DNA of 61,221 nucleotides, filler included, from Squatina squatina (GCA_031763465.1; 3 parts of 3 records of this genome joined end to end with filler, not necessarily neighbours in it); one strand, 5' to 3'; positions 22,780 to 36,178 are shown, counted from the first letter of the whole stretch. The notes: generated from the sequence alone by a model not told the origin. Made by a program: numbers and translations.

Positions 22780-25129
22780 TTTTGATGACAAGTATTTTCC
22801 CATGTAGTCAGTTCTGTTTGATCTTGAGGTTTTTGATTCAATTCTGTCTCCTAAACACCCCCAACACCTTACAAAGCAGCTTCCTCCATCTGTTTTAAAA
22901 TCTGTTCTATAACAACTAGAAAGAAATGTAACTAGCATAAACTGCATATTTTATTTAACTTCCTGTCACAAGAACATGCAGAATATTACTGTACAATAGG
23001 AGAAAACCTTTATAACAATAAAGTATGGATAATTTGTGAACTCTGATTTCATTTATTTCTGATACTGAACATGCTGCTACTCCTGATGATCTGGCATCAG
23101 TGTGCAAATCTACAAGTGTGGAAACAATGGACATTGGAAGATCTGGCCAAGTCATCACTGCCGTTCTAAGGAGCCTATTTCCAGTGATAGATTGGGCATT
23201 GGTGGGAAAGATGGAGCGAAAACTCCTATGGTGGAATAGTAATTTTGCTGAGTGCCAAGAAAGATTAGATTAGTTAAAATAGGGCTTCATTGCTATGCTT
23301 ACTCTCAAGTTGTCAATTTGTATCTGTCATAACCATTGGTTTTGTACGTAGCCATTTTCCACTGCAAGGAAGCAGCTGTTGGTATTGCACTTTGTTGACC
23401 CTGCTTTTTCGTAACTAGTTACTTGTGGATGTCATGGCATCGCCCATGGAAAGTCAGGACAAAATGAACTTCCCTCATTAGTGAAAGCATAGGTTTGGGG
23501 ATATGCTTTAAATGGTTGAAGTGTGATTTGTGCAATGGGCAGCCTCTAAATAGGAAAATCCTGTTGAATGCCTAAATAAGGAGTTAGCATTCATAGCATA
23601 TTAATTAATTTGCTATCCATTGAATGTGCAGCATATCACACCACCTTGTGCTTGTAACATGCTTCTAGTTATCTAGACTTGAAACTTACACAGGCTGCAG
23701 CAATTTGTCATCTGGGGGGTGGTGCGAGTATCAAATGGGGACAGTCCAGGAAGTATGGACCCTTGTGTTCCCATTTTCATCAGATGACCTTCCGACACTT
23801 GCGTATACAAGGCTTTATTGTGAGCCACACACAGCTCTTTCTCTCCTATTCACAGCAATCTGCACTTTTTATACTGTGCCGCCTTCCCTTTCTAGGATCT
23901 TTGTTAATACTGTTATTTTGTAATGTACAACAAAACTCTAATGTTTCTAAAAAGTTCAACATTTTTTTAAAATCTTTTTTCAAGGCTTGATTTTGAAAGT
24001 TGTCAACACCAGTAGGGATGAGGAATGAAATTCCTCCCCCAGCGCCAACCATCCATAAAACAAGCCCCACCCCAATTAGAACATCTGCACCTTAAATGAT
24101 TACAATATTCTACTTTCATTACCCTATCTGGGAGCACTAATTCTTTTTGTTGATCACTATTGGAAGAACTGTATGGAGCAGAATTATTTATCCAAATCAC
24201 TTTTGGAANNNNNNNNNNNNNNNNNNNNNNNNNNNNNNNNNNNNNNNNNNNNNNNNNNNNNNNNNNNNNNNNNNNNNNNNNNNNNNNNNNNNNNNNNNNN
24301 NNNNNNNNTGCAGCCAGCTCACTGGCTTTTAAATAGAAAAAACTGTGCATGTGAGGTATTTTGAATGGGACGGGCAGCCCGTTAAAGGGGCTGAAGGAAA
24401 CCTTGCCTATGAGGCTGACCGGTGCCCTGGAAGACTCCAGGGCACCCTGACCAATATGGCATGTGGCACACTTCCGGTGTGGACTGAGCATGTGAACGTC
24501 ATATTGGTTCCAGTTGCGCCTGAATTTTCCTGAAAAACGTGTCGCATAATCGAATTTCTGGGCCAGGAATTCTAAGAGCAGCATAAATTGTGTATAAGAC
24601 AGCATTATGGAAAAGTAGTTTTAATAAAAATGTTTTGAATCTCCCCATACAATTGTTGGCTTCTGATATAATGAAACTCCTAATTATACAATGTAGCAAG
24701 CATGAATTCATTACCAGAGTGCTTGACTTCACTTTGCAATAGAAGATAAAGTAACGGACAACAAGGCATATGGACTGGAGAGGCTTCTAGTGACTCAGTA
24801 CAAGGTGAAGTCTTGTGTGGTATAAAACGATCACTGGGTAATAACAGCCTCAATATACTTCCCATTCATTACTGTCATCAGAGCTGATTTTTACACAATT
24901 TGAAATCATGTCACATGGATCAATAAACGGATTTTAATTTTTCACTGATCTTTGGTTGCGGTCTGCAGAATGTTTACATAAGGACCATTTGAGGACAGCA
25001 TTAAACTGTCTGAACGTAGTTAATGATACNNNNNNNNNNNNNNNNNNNNNNNNNNNNNNNNNNNNNNNNNNNNNNNNNNNNNNNNNNNNNNNNNNNNNNN
25101 NNNNNNNNNNNNNNNNNNNNNNNNNNNNN

Positions 25130-25300
25130 TATCTGGTCATTATCACATTACTGTTTGTGGGAGCTTGCTGTGTGCAAGTTGGCTACCACGTTTCCTACAT
25201 TACAACAATGACTACACTCCACAAGTACTTCACTGGCTGTATAAAGTGCTTTGAGATGTCCGGTGGTCGTGACAGGCGCTATAGAAATGCAAATCTTTCT
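25130..25300 (+). mobile_element. Deu-domain SINE, 3' half
   Basis: tatctggtcattatcacattactgtttgtgggagcttgctgtg...aggcgctatagaaatgcaaatctttct. Confidence 0.85.
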
Positions 25301-27849
25301 TATACATATCTTACTGTCAGATACCTTGCCCACAAAATTATTTGAGAGAATGTTTGAGAGCTGACTGTTTGTAACTGCCAGCTGATTGTGTGAGCAATTA
25401 TAAAAAGTCTTCAATCTTTCTCACCTGCATCTTTCTGGTCATTTTATTGGCATATTAGTTCTGAACTATTGTCATTACTTTAAAGCTAATAAGCAGATCC
25501 CTGCAAAGCGGATAATTGTTGGTTGCTCAGGAGCGCACCTCTGAAAAGGTACATCTTCTGGACTGTGGGGGCCAGACACCCACTTATAGAAACTATGGGC
25601 AGACCAATGAGAGAGACAACAGCCCGACAAGGCTCAAGATGCTTCTCCGAGACAAAAGGGTTGGATTTTATCTCTCGCCACTGGCGGTAGTCTCAGCCCT
25701 GCCGCAGCACACCTTCTGCTGGATTTCACTGCCTCTGCAGCTGCCTGTGCTGCACCTGGCATGGAAGTGCTTGACGCTGAAACTGGGTGAGAAAATTGGC
25801 AAAAGTCGTCCAATCTGCAGAACTGAGATAACGTCGCCTTTAATGAGCACAGAATTCATCCAAATGTTAGAAACGAACTTATCGTTCTATTCAAGCAAGA
25901 CTGGAGATTTTCCTGTCTGCTGTTTCAGTGGCCATCACGCAACACAATTGGCATTTTAATTAAACCAGAGAATGCTTCAAAAAAAAAATGAGCACTCTTC
26001 AAAACCATGTCACCGACAGTGAAGAGATTAAAATGTTCCAACTCTCAAATTGCAGCAAATCGGGCTGTACAGGGTGAGTTCGAAATCACCTCATTACTAT
26101 TTATACTGCTATTTATATGATAATTTGATGAGCATAGATTTCAAGAACTTATTCTTCACATCTTTTGTTAACAGAGAACATGATATTTTGTGCAATCTAT
26201 TTAAAAACAGTCCTTTCTGGCTGTTTTTACACTGTGTAAAATCTTTTTGGAGAATAATAAATGCTAGCCGAATGCTCCTTGACATTATTACTGGGGTATA
26301 ATTCTGATTTTGTTCCCTCCATGGACAACATTGCATTTAAAATCTCATTAATACGAAATGCAGCTTGTGTGTGTATTCTGTGTGGTTTTTTAAAATGGTA
26401 GTTAGATGATGAATAGGGGAGTCCGGTGATGTTTATTTTCTTGTAGTTACTATGCAACAATATTTGTGGCCTGTGACTCTGGGATAACTCATCTTGGATG
26501 CTTGAGGAAGGTGGTAGAAACATAGAAAATAGGTGCAGTAGGCCATTAGGCCCTTCAAGCCTGCACNNNNNNNNNNNNNNNNNNNNNNNNNNNNNNNNNN
26601 NNNNNNNNNNNNNNNNNNNNNNNNNNNNNNNNNNNNNNNNNNNNNNNNNNNNNNNNNNNNNNNNNNAATGGTCAACTCCTGTTCCTATGTTCCAGACACT
26701 TTGTTTGGGGAGGGAGGGGACAGTCGGTGCTGTGAGTGATCTCCTTCACTTCTCCTATCAAAGCTCCAGCTGGTTGTCACTACGGCACTTTCTATGTCTG
26801 GGGTTATCCCTTTCAGAGGAAAGTCACCTGAGGGAGCAAGTGGAATGAGCCCACACGTGCTATTTCAAAGTCGCTTTGCTAATAGGTGCTTGAGATGATT
26901 ATTGCTTCTTCTATTCAACTGGATGCCCAAAGGTACAATTGTTATAGCACACGCCATCTTAAACTGACGGTAGCAGTTCACCACCATGATTAATATGCTT
27001 CCATTAAGCAACATTCAGTTAACCCTTTGTTTATACAACAACAGTAGCATCTGGCCTGTAGATTTTATAAGAAATGGTCAGTTACTCTGTTCTATCCTGA
27101 TAAACAGTTTGTGTTACATGATTAGTGCTAGATTTTGCTTCATACATCACTAAGAACTTTGCATAGTGATTGGGCACAGCAAGAATATGCAAAGCTGGTA
27201 AGCTATTACTGCTTTGTTAGTTTTGTACATTTTCCAAACCAGTTCTCTAAATTTAGCTGACAAGGTTGCATTTATAAATCTTTAATTATTTGTCTTGCAG
27301 CTCTCCCATTAAGAGTTTTGTCATGAATCCTCTTCTTTTTCAGTTTGTCCCTGGATGTTTTGACTAACTGTCATCTTCATTTAGAAATGTTGGATTTAAA
27401 TAACAAAAAAAATCTTTTAAAAGGTCAACGCTCTTTAATTAAAGCTGTCTGCTGTCGTCTTTCCCCCTTCCCACAGCTTTTTGCATTACGAATGGAGCAA
27501 TTAATCATGTGAAGAAGTTGTTGGAATCTTCCTTAACTTCATCAATGCAGCTATTTATGTCATCGCTCAGCAGTCTAAATCTGATTTCTGGGAGTACACA
27601 TGCAAACATCAATAAATGTTGATGTTTTATCACATCCTCAAACTTATGAGGCAGCAATGGAGAATTCATGAATTATGCTGTTACATTGGCAGTACCAGTT
27701 TGAGAGAGGTACCTGCTTAGAGTGAAATGCAGAGCTGGCAGCCCTGAGTTATACTGCCGGCTCTGCATTGCTCTCTGGTCGGCTCTTAGCTAAAAAAGCT
27801 CTGATTAAAAAGTCAGACTGCGTAGTTCCCCTAATGGTTTAGAAGGAAA

Positions 27850-28110
27850 TGCAATGCACAACATGAGGGAAAGTTTTTTTACGCAGCGAGTGGTTAGTAT
27901 CTGGAATTCTCTGCCTGAAAGGGTGCTGGAGGCAGATTCCATCATGGCTTTCAAAAGGGAATTGGATAAGTACCTGAAGGGGAAAGATTTGCAGGACTAC
28001 GGGGGAGTGAGACTAACTGAAGCGCTCTTGCAGAGAGCTGGCACAGGCTCGACAGGCCGAATAGCCTCCTTCTGTGCTGTAACCATTCTATGATTCTATT
28101 CTACGATCCT
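27850..28110 (+). mobile_element. CR1-type LINE 3' end
   Basis: Peptide MRESFFTQRVVSIWNSLPERVLEADSIMAFKRELDKYL; (ATTCTATG)n-like tail. Confidence 0.9.
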
Positions 28111-29242
28111 ATGGCATGGCACTAATCCACACAAACCACAAGCCCCAGTTAGGGCAAACTGGTTCCCCCAAAAGGATGTGGAGTTCCATTAGATAAAGTG
28201 GTCGCCAATAATACAGCGCTATGGAACCATTCATGGGAGCAATCAAGAAATCTCCCTATTTCCCACACGGTCAGTCCCATGTTGCTGTTCACTTACATGA
28301 TCATAGCCAATGGTTTGGATGGTGCACTGACTTCAGCACCATGGGCTAAGACGATGACAAATCAGGAACCCCACTCTGGAATGAACATGGCATTGCATTT
28401 TACCGAAAAATGAAGGAACATTTGCTGATACTACTCCTTATTTGCCACTTGAGAATTCATAATTTTTCTTAACAGCTGTCAGCTGTGGCTCAGCAGGTAG
28501 CACCCTCACCTCTGAGTCAGCAGGTTGTGGGNNNNNNNNNNNNNNNNNNNNNNNNNNNNNNNNNNNNNNNNNNNNNNNNNNNNNNNNNNNNNNNNNNNNN
28601 NNNNNNNNNNNNNNNNNNNNNNNNNNNNNNNATTTATGAATAAAATTGAAATTCAATCCATTTATATTTATTGCAGTTGTGTAAATTGTTTAATTATTTG
28701 GGGATTCCATTGCTTGTCATTAGCAAATGACTGCAATGGAATCCTCCTTTCGTGATTGGAGGACTGGGCCCATGTGATCCCAGGGATGCTTCTGAACCGC
28801 CTGCTTCCCAGGGATCCATGGGCCTTTCCACTGCCATACGCCTGGAGGCCCAAAACTGGAACTCTCCGCAGCCTGGACGCCTGGAGGTCGGTGCAGAAAT
28901 GTTTCCTGGGTCGGAGGCATGCTCCGGAGATAAGCCTCTGGCCCCAATTTCTGGCCCAATATTTGCTTATCTTGGCTACGGTCCCATTAAGGTTCTTTGA
29001 ATATAATACTGAAAAGTTGCAGATACATTTTTTTTGCAAAGGAAAGCAATTTATTGAAACATTCTTGAAACATTATTATTGAAACATTATTAATCTACAA
29101 GAAAAGAAATTGAAAGGGTTTTCAGTCCAGTGCGAAGACCCAATTAAAGTTAATAACTGAGAGTGGTTGATTACAGTCGAGAAAATGTGTGAGATATTAC
29201 AATAGAAAAACGTTTTTTAAATATTCTCCTGCTTGTTTGCAG

Positions 29243-29373
29243 TCCAGGTGTCCTTATTGGTGCTCCCAAGGCAAATACAACACAAGAAAATGTAACAGAA
29301 GGTGGAGCAGTGTTTCTCTGTCCTTGGTCGGTTAATGGAAGTCTGTGTAGTATAATACCATTCGACACTGAGG
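29243..29373 (+). CDS. ITGA2B: RGD-clade integrin alpha, exon 2 (PGVLIGAPKANTTQENVTEGGAVFLCPWSVNGSLCSIIPFDTE); probably alpha-IIb
   Basis: tttgcag acceptor and GTAAGA donor, 131 nt, FG-GAP motif. The paralogue assignment rests on its position upstream of FAM171A2 on the same strand. Confidence 0.72.
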
Positions 29374-29449
29374 GTAAGATTTCAGTTCAAGAGCTAATTC
29401 AGTTAACTCTGTAAACTGTGGAGTTTGTGGCCTCTCATTAAAATACTGT

Positions 29450-29691
29450 AGACACACCCTCATTCATACCTTTGTCACCTCGAGACTTGACTATTCCAAC
29501 GCACCCCTGGCTGGCCTCCCACATTCTACCCGACATAAACTTGAGGTAATCCAAAACTTGGCTGCCCGTCCTAACTAGCACCTAGTCCCGCTCACCCATC
29601 ACCCCTGTGCTCGCTGACCTACATTGGCTCCCGGTTAAGCAATGCCAAGATTTCAAAATTCTCATCCTTGTTTTCAAATCGCTCCATAGCC
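29450..29691 (+). mobile_element. L2-clade LINE ORF2 C-terminal fragment
   Basis: Encodes TLIHTFVTSRLDYSNA... and PITPVLADLHWLPVKQCQDFKILILVFKSLH. Confidence 0.88.
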
Positions 29692-30596
29692 NNNNNNNNN
29701 NNNNNNNNNNNNNNNNNNNNNNNNNNNNNNNNNNNNNNNNNNNNNNNNNNNNNNNNNNNNNNNNNNNNNNNNNNNNNNNNNNNNNNNNNNNTGGGAGTGT
29801 GCAATGATATTGTAAGACGAATTGTCATGTAACTTCACACTGATGATGAGAGAGTTGTTTAAATAAAGGTCCATTTTCTAGGTATTTTTTTCCCCTTCTT
29901 TCGGTTTTCCATGTGTCTTACTCTGTTCCCATGTCCAAGAGAGTTGGCAGGTAACCGACACCCAGCCCCCTGTCTATTCTTTTTTTGTGTTGTCATTAGG
30001 AGGTGTATTACTTCAATTTCCCCTTGGTTCCTGGACAAATTCACCAGGCCACCACCTGGGTGATTCCTGTAAGACAACTTGATCGTATTGGTCCGAACAA
30101 TCCACCGCACCATGATATAGATACAAAGTTTGTCTTTGAAGAGAAAGCACGAATAAGGCCCCCACCTTTTAATGCAGAGCATTTCTTCAAATTCAGCCTG
30201 TTCCAAGAACTTAACCTCTTCCAATACACCCTAGCAAGACCTTATGTCCCTGTAAACGTCTGCAGGCATCCCATCAGGTATCCATCCTTGATAAACTCCT
30301 GTCAGAGATACAATCTATCAAGGCATTGATGTTTTAAAAAACGTTGACGTATTATGGAAGATATTGTCATGTTGGTAGCGAATCCCACATTATCNNNNNN
30401 NNNNGTTGACTGTCAGATTGGTTTTGTAACTTTGTCAGATATTCTGATTCTAGCAGAAAATGTGATTTGTCAGGATGAGAGAGTATCGGGACGCCTACTC
30501 TTGAAGATTTACTCTGTTAAATGTAGCTTGAAAGGTGGTGAAATATGTGTCTCATGATATTACCTTCATTACAATCTGAACATGTCTACTTTCCAG

Positions 30597-30641
30597 GCTA
30601 CTCGCTCGCTTTGGGGGAATTCACCGGGGACTCTGTAAACG
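30597..30641 (+). CDS. ITGA2B: Integrin alpha 45-nt FG-GAP exon ((G)YSLALGEFTGDSVN)
   Basis: ttccag acceptor and GTAAAG donor; GYS-x-A-x-GEF-x-GD cation-binding repeat. Confidence 0.72.
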
Positions 30642-32379
30642 GTAAAGTTCAGTGTCTTTTACTGTTCCAGGAAATGTCACATTATTCCATTAGCTCCCAT
30701 TAATCCTGAGAGTCTCTCAATTGGGTTAGCTTACATTATCTGGAGAAAAGTGGTGCATTCTGTAACAATACAAGAGAATTAGATTCTCAACATTTTTTTG
30801 ATTAGAATCTAGTTAAGCCTCATTTTAATGTGGTGCTTGGCAGCCAATGAGGGAGGCCTTAAAACCGTGCTCCAATAATTGCATCTACTGCATTCCACTA
30901 CAAAATACAAATGATATAAGTGCAGACTTATTGGCTAAAATAATGAGGTTTATATAGGTTAAAAGATGCCCATTGTCTCAAATAGAGTTCTAGCTAACGA
31001 AAGTTGTGCTTGTGTGTGTCTGACCCAATGTATATCAAGCAGTTTATTGGCATATAAAGACGAAAGAAAGACTTATTTTCCATTTATTCACGCTGGCAAG
31101 GCTGGCATTTGTTGCACTTGAGAGGTTGGTGGTGAGCCACCTTCTTGAACCGCTGCAGTCCGTGTGNNNNNNNNNNNNNNNNNNNNNNNNNNNNNNNNNN
31201 NNNNNNNNNNNNNNNNNNNNNNNNNNNNNNNNNNNNNNNNNNNNNNNNNNNNNNNNNNNNNNNNNNCGACACAACCGAATTTCTAGGTCTGCAATTTTCC
31301 AATCTGCTCCCCTCTTTTCCTTACTCTTGCCGGATTACTGTTCTATGAGTGACGGCTGCCCTTTGGTACCTCCCCCGCAGTGGCTTATGCATGAGTTGAG
31401 GCAGTGAATGTCAGCACGTTATTCAACTACAGGAGCATGAAGGCCAAGACCTCACAATTGCAGATAGCAAGTGTGCTGGACCACCAGTGAACGCTTGCTT
31501 CCTCCGGAATACTATAGGCCCTGGCAGCAGTGTCTGAGGTCCCTCCGCAGAAGCGTGAGGAACTGAAACGTCCCTCAAACCTGGGACTTGGCCTCACAGC
31601 CACAGAGATGTGTTGAGATACAAAAACCACTGTACTGACCACATAAGATGCTGATGAGTTCTCTCTTTTCTCTGAACAGAGCAAGGCCTGTCATAACAGC
31701 AGAAGCCCAACTCGTGCTTATGCCAGGCATTCTGAATCCAGAGATGAAGACGTGTATCTTGCCACAGCCTCATTCCTCTGTGACTTGGTAAGAAATTTCC
31801 AGTGAATTTGTGAGTGATAAGTGACGGTACTGAGAATGGAGCGACCTTCCACTTTGGGTAGATTAACCGCTTTAAAGCAGCTCCTAGATCAGGTAATAGA
31901 GTAAGGCGGATATTCNNNNNNNNNNCCTCGATGGGCACACATCAGGGGCAGTGGACCTTAGAGACCAACTATAATTAATGAAGAACCCCGAGAATCTTCA
32001 TTTGGAAGAGCAGGCCAGGACTGCTGATAGATGGGCCTGTTAGTGTCCCCTTCATTTAGTTTAAGGCATTAAATTGAGATACCATTTGCCCGCTCAAGAG
32101 GTTCAGAGTAACATTGAAGATCCCATTGCACTATTGGAAGAGCAGGAGGTTCTCTCAATGTCCCAGACAATGCTTCTGCTTCAACCATTATCACCAGATT
32201 AACTGGTCATTCATTTCAGGGCTGGAGCAGAAGTGGCTGCAGGTCTATACAATATTGGTCATGGTGCTGCAGATGTGTTTTGGGGTGTTTCAGCACTATG
32301 ATGAGAAGCTATTTCATTCAAGTAGTGAGCCATTTGGAACAATTGGGTTGCTCACGCCCATCAGGTGCCATTACTACAG

Positions 32380-33011
32380 TGGGATAATAGATTGCAAGAT
32401 GAGAATTGTGGAAGACTACAGGATGATACAGATAGGCCGGCAGGGTGGGCTGCTCGGAGGCAAATGCAGTTCAATGCAGAGAGCTATATGAAGTGGTATA
32501 TTTTGGAATTCAGAATAGAGAAAAGAACACCTTAAATGGTGAGATTTCAATTGCAGCAGAGGAGCAGAGGGGCCTTGGTGAGCAGATATGTAGGTCCTTA
32601 AAGACAGCAGTGTCGGTAGATAGGGTCACAAAGAGGCAAACCGAAATTCTATATAAAGTCAGATAATACAGAAGCATGGAAGCATTGTAAAAGTTGCACA
32701 GGACCGTAGTTAGATTGCTGTTGGGGTAAGGTACTTTTAGATACCCCAATATAGAAAGAACATAAAAGCAGTGGAAACATGTACAGCCAAGATTCACTCA
32801 CTGGGATGTTACCAGGCATGAAGGGGTTGCAGTTATGAAGAGAGACGTGAGAGGTTAGGGAATTTTTCACTGGAACTGGGAAAGGGCCTGATAAAAGTCT
32901 GCAAGATGATGAATGATCACGATGGGGTAACTGTGGTTGTTTGTGTTCACTGGTTGGTAAGATGAGGGGGCACAAATTTAAGATAATCGTAAACATAATT
33001 AAAGAGGAGAT
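32380..33011 (+). mobile_element. Old, degenerate CR1-type LINE fragment
   Basis: Recognisable relics: gcaaatgcagttcaatgcaga, gaggagcagaggggccttgg, gggttgcagttatgaagagag, gagggggcacaaatttaagata. Confidence 0.7.
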
Positions 33012-33111
33012 NNNNNNNNNNNNNNNNNNNNNNNNNNNNNNNNNNNNNNNNNNNNNNNNNNNNNNNNNNNNNNNNNNNNNNNNNNNNNNNNNNNNNNNNN
33101 NNNNNNNNNNN

Positions 33112-33698
33112 GAACAACAGTGGTCCAAGCACCGATCCCTGGGGAACACCACTTCCGGGCTTTTGCTAGTCTGAATAGCTGCCCTTAAGCCTACTCTCTG
33201 TTTTCTGTTTTGTAGCCAGCTTGCTATGCATTCTGCTCCCTGTCCCCCACTCCACATTCACTGGCTTTAGTCATGAGTCTATTGTACAGTACCTTACTGA
33301 AGAACTTTTGAAAATCTAAATATATTCCAATTACTATGTTACTCTGGTCTACTCTTTCTATTACCTCTTCAAAGAATTCAGTAAGCTTGGTCAAGCGTGA
33401 TCTGCCCTTTTGAAATCTGTGCTGACTATTTTTTATTATATTGTTGGTTTCTAGATGTTTTTCTACGACAACTTTGAGTAAAGATTCCATTATCTTTCCT
33501 ACCACCATCATTAAGCTAATTGGCCGAGAGCTCTCCGGACTTGTTCTATCTCCATTTTTAAATCTAGGAATAAAATTAGCTATCTGCCGTCTTCTGGCAT
33601 TATTCCCTTTTCTAATGACCTTTTATATATCTGTAATAACGCCTCTGCGATCTCTTCCCCAACTTCTTTTAATATGCACGCAAGCAATCCATCTCGGC
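33112..33698 (-). mobile_element. CR1-type LINE reverse-transcriptase fragment
   Basis: Peptide VVGKIMESLLK..SQHRFQKGRSRLTKLTEFFEEV..IYLDFQKFFSKV, frameshifted. Confidence 0.92.
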
Positions 33699-34999
33699 NN
33701 NNNNNNNNNNNNNNNNNNNNNNNNNNNNNNNNNNNNNNNNNNNNNNNNNNNNNNNNNNNNNNNNNNNNNNNNNNNNNNNNNNNNNNNNNNNNNNNNNNTA
33801 TTAACTGTGCCATGGAGTGCGGGGCATGGGTACAATGACTGTGGGCAGGGTACTAGCGAACCGTGTCATGAATGCTGGACATTACTTGCAGGGAATTAAG
33901 AGGGCTCTTTCCTAAAGCTCATACCAGGCAGCTGAAGGGCACCATTGTTAGAATCCTGGGAGTAGGTCATGTGTCTGCCAGGGAGGCTGAGTGGTCCAGG
34001 GTGGCTTATGGGAAATGAGGGGAGGGAATTAAAATAAAAGCCCACAAAAACTAACTGTAAAGCAGTGTCATTCTTCCACAGGGTCAGAGTGTATTCAAAA
34101 CCACTCACGTTTATTTTGTCAAAACTTGTGTTTTAATTTCCTCCTCAAGTCCCATGAGGGTGAGCTAGATTCTGGAGGACATTTGCATTGCTACACTGAT
34201 CCACTATAATGAAGTTTTTGATAGGCAGATGGGCACTCATGGCATTTTTAAAAGTGAATGCTGTCATTAGAGTGTGAATTTGTTGGCCATTGCAGCAGTT
34301 CTAATAAAAATAAAATGTTTATTTAGCTCAGGTAACTGCTTTCAGAGCAAACTATTTTATTGGGAAAGTTACAATAGTCCAGAGAATTACAATTAGATGT
34401 GGAAAATACACTTGGAAACCAACACCCCTCTGCACAAACCATCAACTGAGAGGGGATTTTAATTGGGCATCTTGCACATCAGTGCAGTGATGCCTATTGT
34501 ATTCACAGGATCCAATGGAAATTGTCACTCAAAGGGGAACTGTCTTCTGGTAAATGTGGGCTGTAGGACACTTTCCCAGGTTTGTTCGCTGAAGAATTTT
34601 ATGGTCATTCCACGGCTGGATGTTTTTAAAAGTGCCGTGTAAAGTTTAATTTGAAAACCACATTGCAGAAGTTTGCATGCAGTACGACCATTCCCAGGCA
34701 GCCATTAAACCGAGTTATTCGGAGCAGGCTGCCTGTTCTAGGAATGGTGTCTCACTTTTATTCGCAAAACAGGAGCAGAGTCATTAAATGATTCTGTAGC
34801 AAATCACAACTACAAATGTAGGAATTTCTTTTTTTAAAGTGGCTTAACTTTGTTTTGGTGCATTTTGAACATTCAACATCCAAAAAATTGACATTGCCCN
34901 NNNNNNNNNNNNNNNNNNNNNNNNNNNNNNNNNNNNNNNNNNNNNNNNNNNNNNNNNNNNNNNNNNNNNNNNNNNNNNNNNNNNNNNNNNNNNNNNNNN

Positions 35000-35120
35000 T
35001 TTGAACACCTCGATCAAATCTCCTCTCAACCTTCTCTGCTCCAAGGAGAACAACCCCAGCTTCTCCAGTCTACCCACATAACTGACGTCCCTCATCCCTG
35101 GAACCATTCTTGTAGATCTT
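35000..35120 (-). mobile_element. CR1-type LINE fragment
   Basis: Peptide MVPGMRDVSYVGRLEKLGLFSLEQRRLRGDLIEVFK. Confidence 0.88.
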
Positions 35121-35136
35121 TTATAATGTACTCTGA

Positions 35137-35304
<168 letters not shown>

Positions 35305-35556
35305 TGAGAAAAAGCGTACATTGCACAAAGTTGAACTTTCTCCTATCCCACCAGGGCAAACCGTTTGGTAATCTCGTGGAATGCAACTGAATGCATCGAT
35401 AATTTGCAAATTAAGCAAAATGCTAATCTTGTATGTGAATTTTTAATCAACAGATGGGATTTGGAAAAGGGAGTTCTCTACTCTTGTCCATTTGGATTTG
35501 GCCACATTTAATTGGAAACACGAGTGAGCGCCAGTATCCCATGGTGTGAATATTAC

Positions 35557-36178
35557 CTGAAATAAAAACAGAAAAATGCTGGAAGCCCTGAGCACATTAG
35601 TTAGCCTGTGTGGAGAGAGAAACAGAGTTCATGTTTCAGATTGATGACCCTTCGTCAGAACTGGAATAAGTTAGAAATGTTAGATTTTTAAGTATAGGGG
35701 CAGGGAAAAGGGAGAGGGGAAGAAAGAACAAACAGGAAGGATGGAAGACAGGAGAGATTATAAAGACAAAAGGGATGCTGGTGCAAGGCAAAAGGAGATA
35801 GTAATGGGACAAGTTAAGAAATAAAAGATGACTCTCGCGGAGGTGTAAATGGGAATGGCGGAATCAGCAACAGCTGCCATGTGAAAAAAAATAGGGGCAG
35901 AGGTTATGGTCTGAAGTTGCTGAATTCAATGTCGAGTCCAGAAAGCTGTAAAGTGCCTAATCGAAAGATGAGCTCCTGTTCCTCGAGCTTACGTTGAGCT
36001 CGTTGGAATAGTGTGAGAGGCCGACAGACAGAGAGAGCAGAGTGGGAGTGCAGTGGAGCGAAGAATTAAAGTGACTTGCAACCAGAAGCTCAGGGTCACA
36101 CTTACAGACTAAGTGGAGGTGGTCCGGAAAGCGGTCACCCAATCTGCGTTTGATCTACCAATGTAGAGGAGACCACTT
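35557..36178 (-). mobile_element. Penelope-like retroelement 3' fragment (GIY-YIG endonuclease relic plus terminal repeat)
   Basis: Minus strand encodes frameshifted YIG..RRLGDRFPDHL..VASHFNS and LEEQELIFRLGTLQLSGLDIEFSNF, then CTGACGAAGGGTCATCAATCTGAAAC. Confidence 0.8.

Noticed and set aside
29859-30329. Overlapping 108-121 aa ORFs between the integrin exons
   Set aside because: No recognisable motif, no clear splice signals and no integrin similarity.
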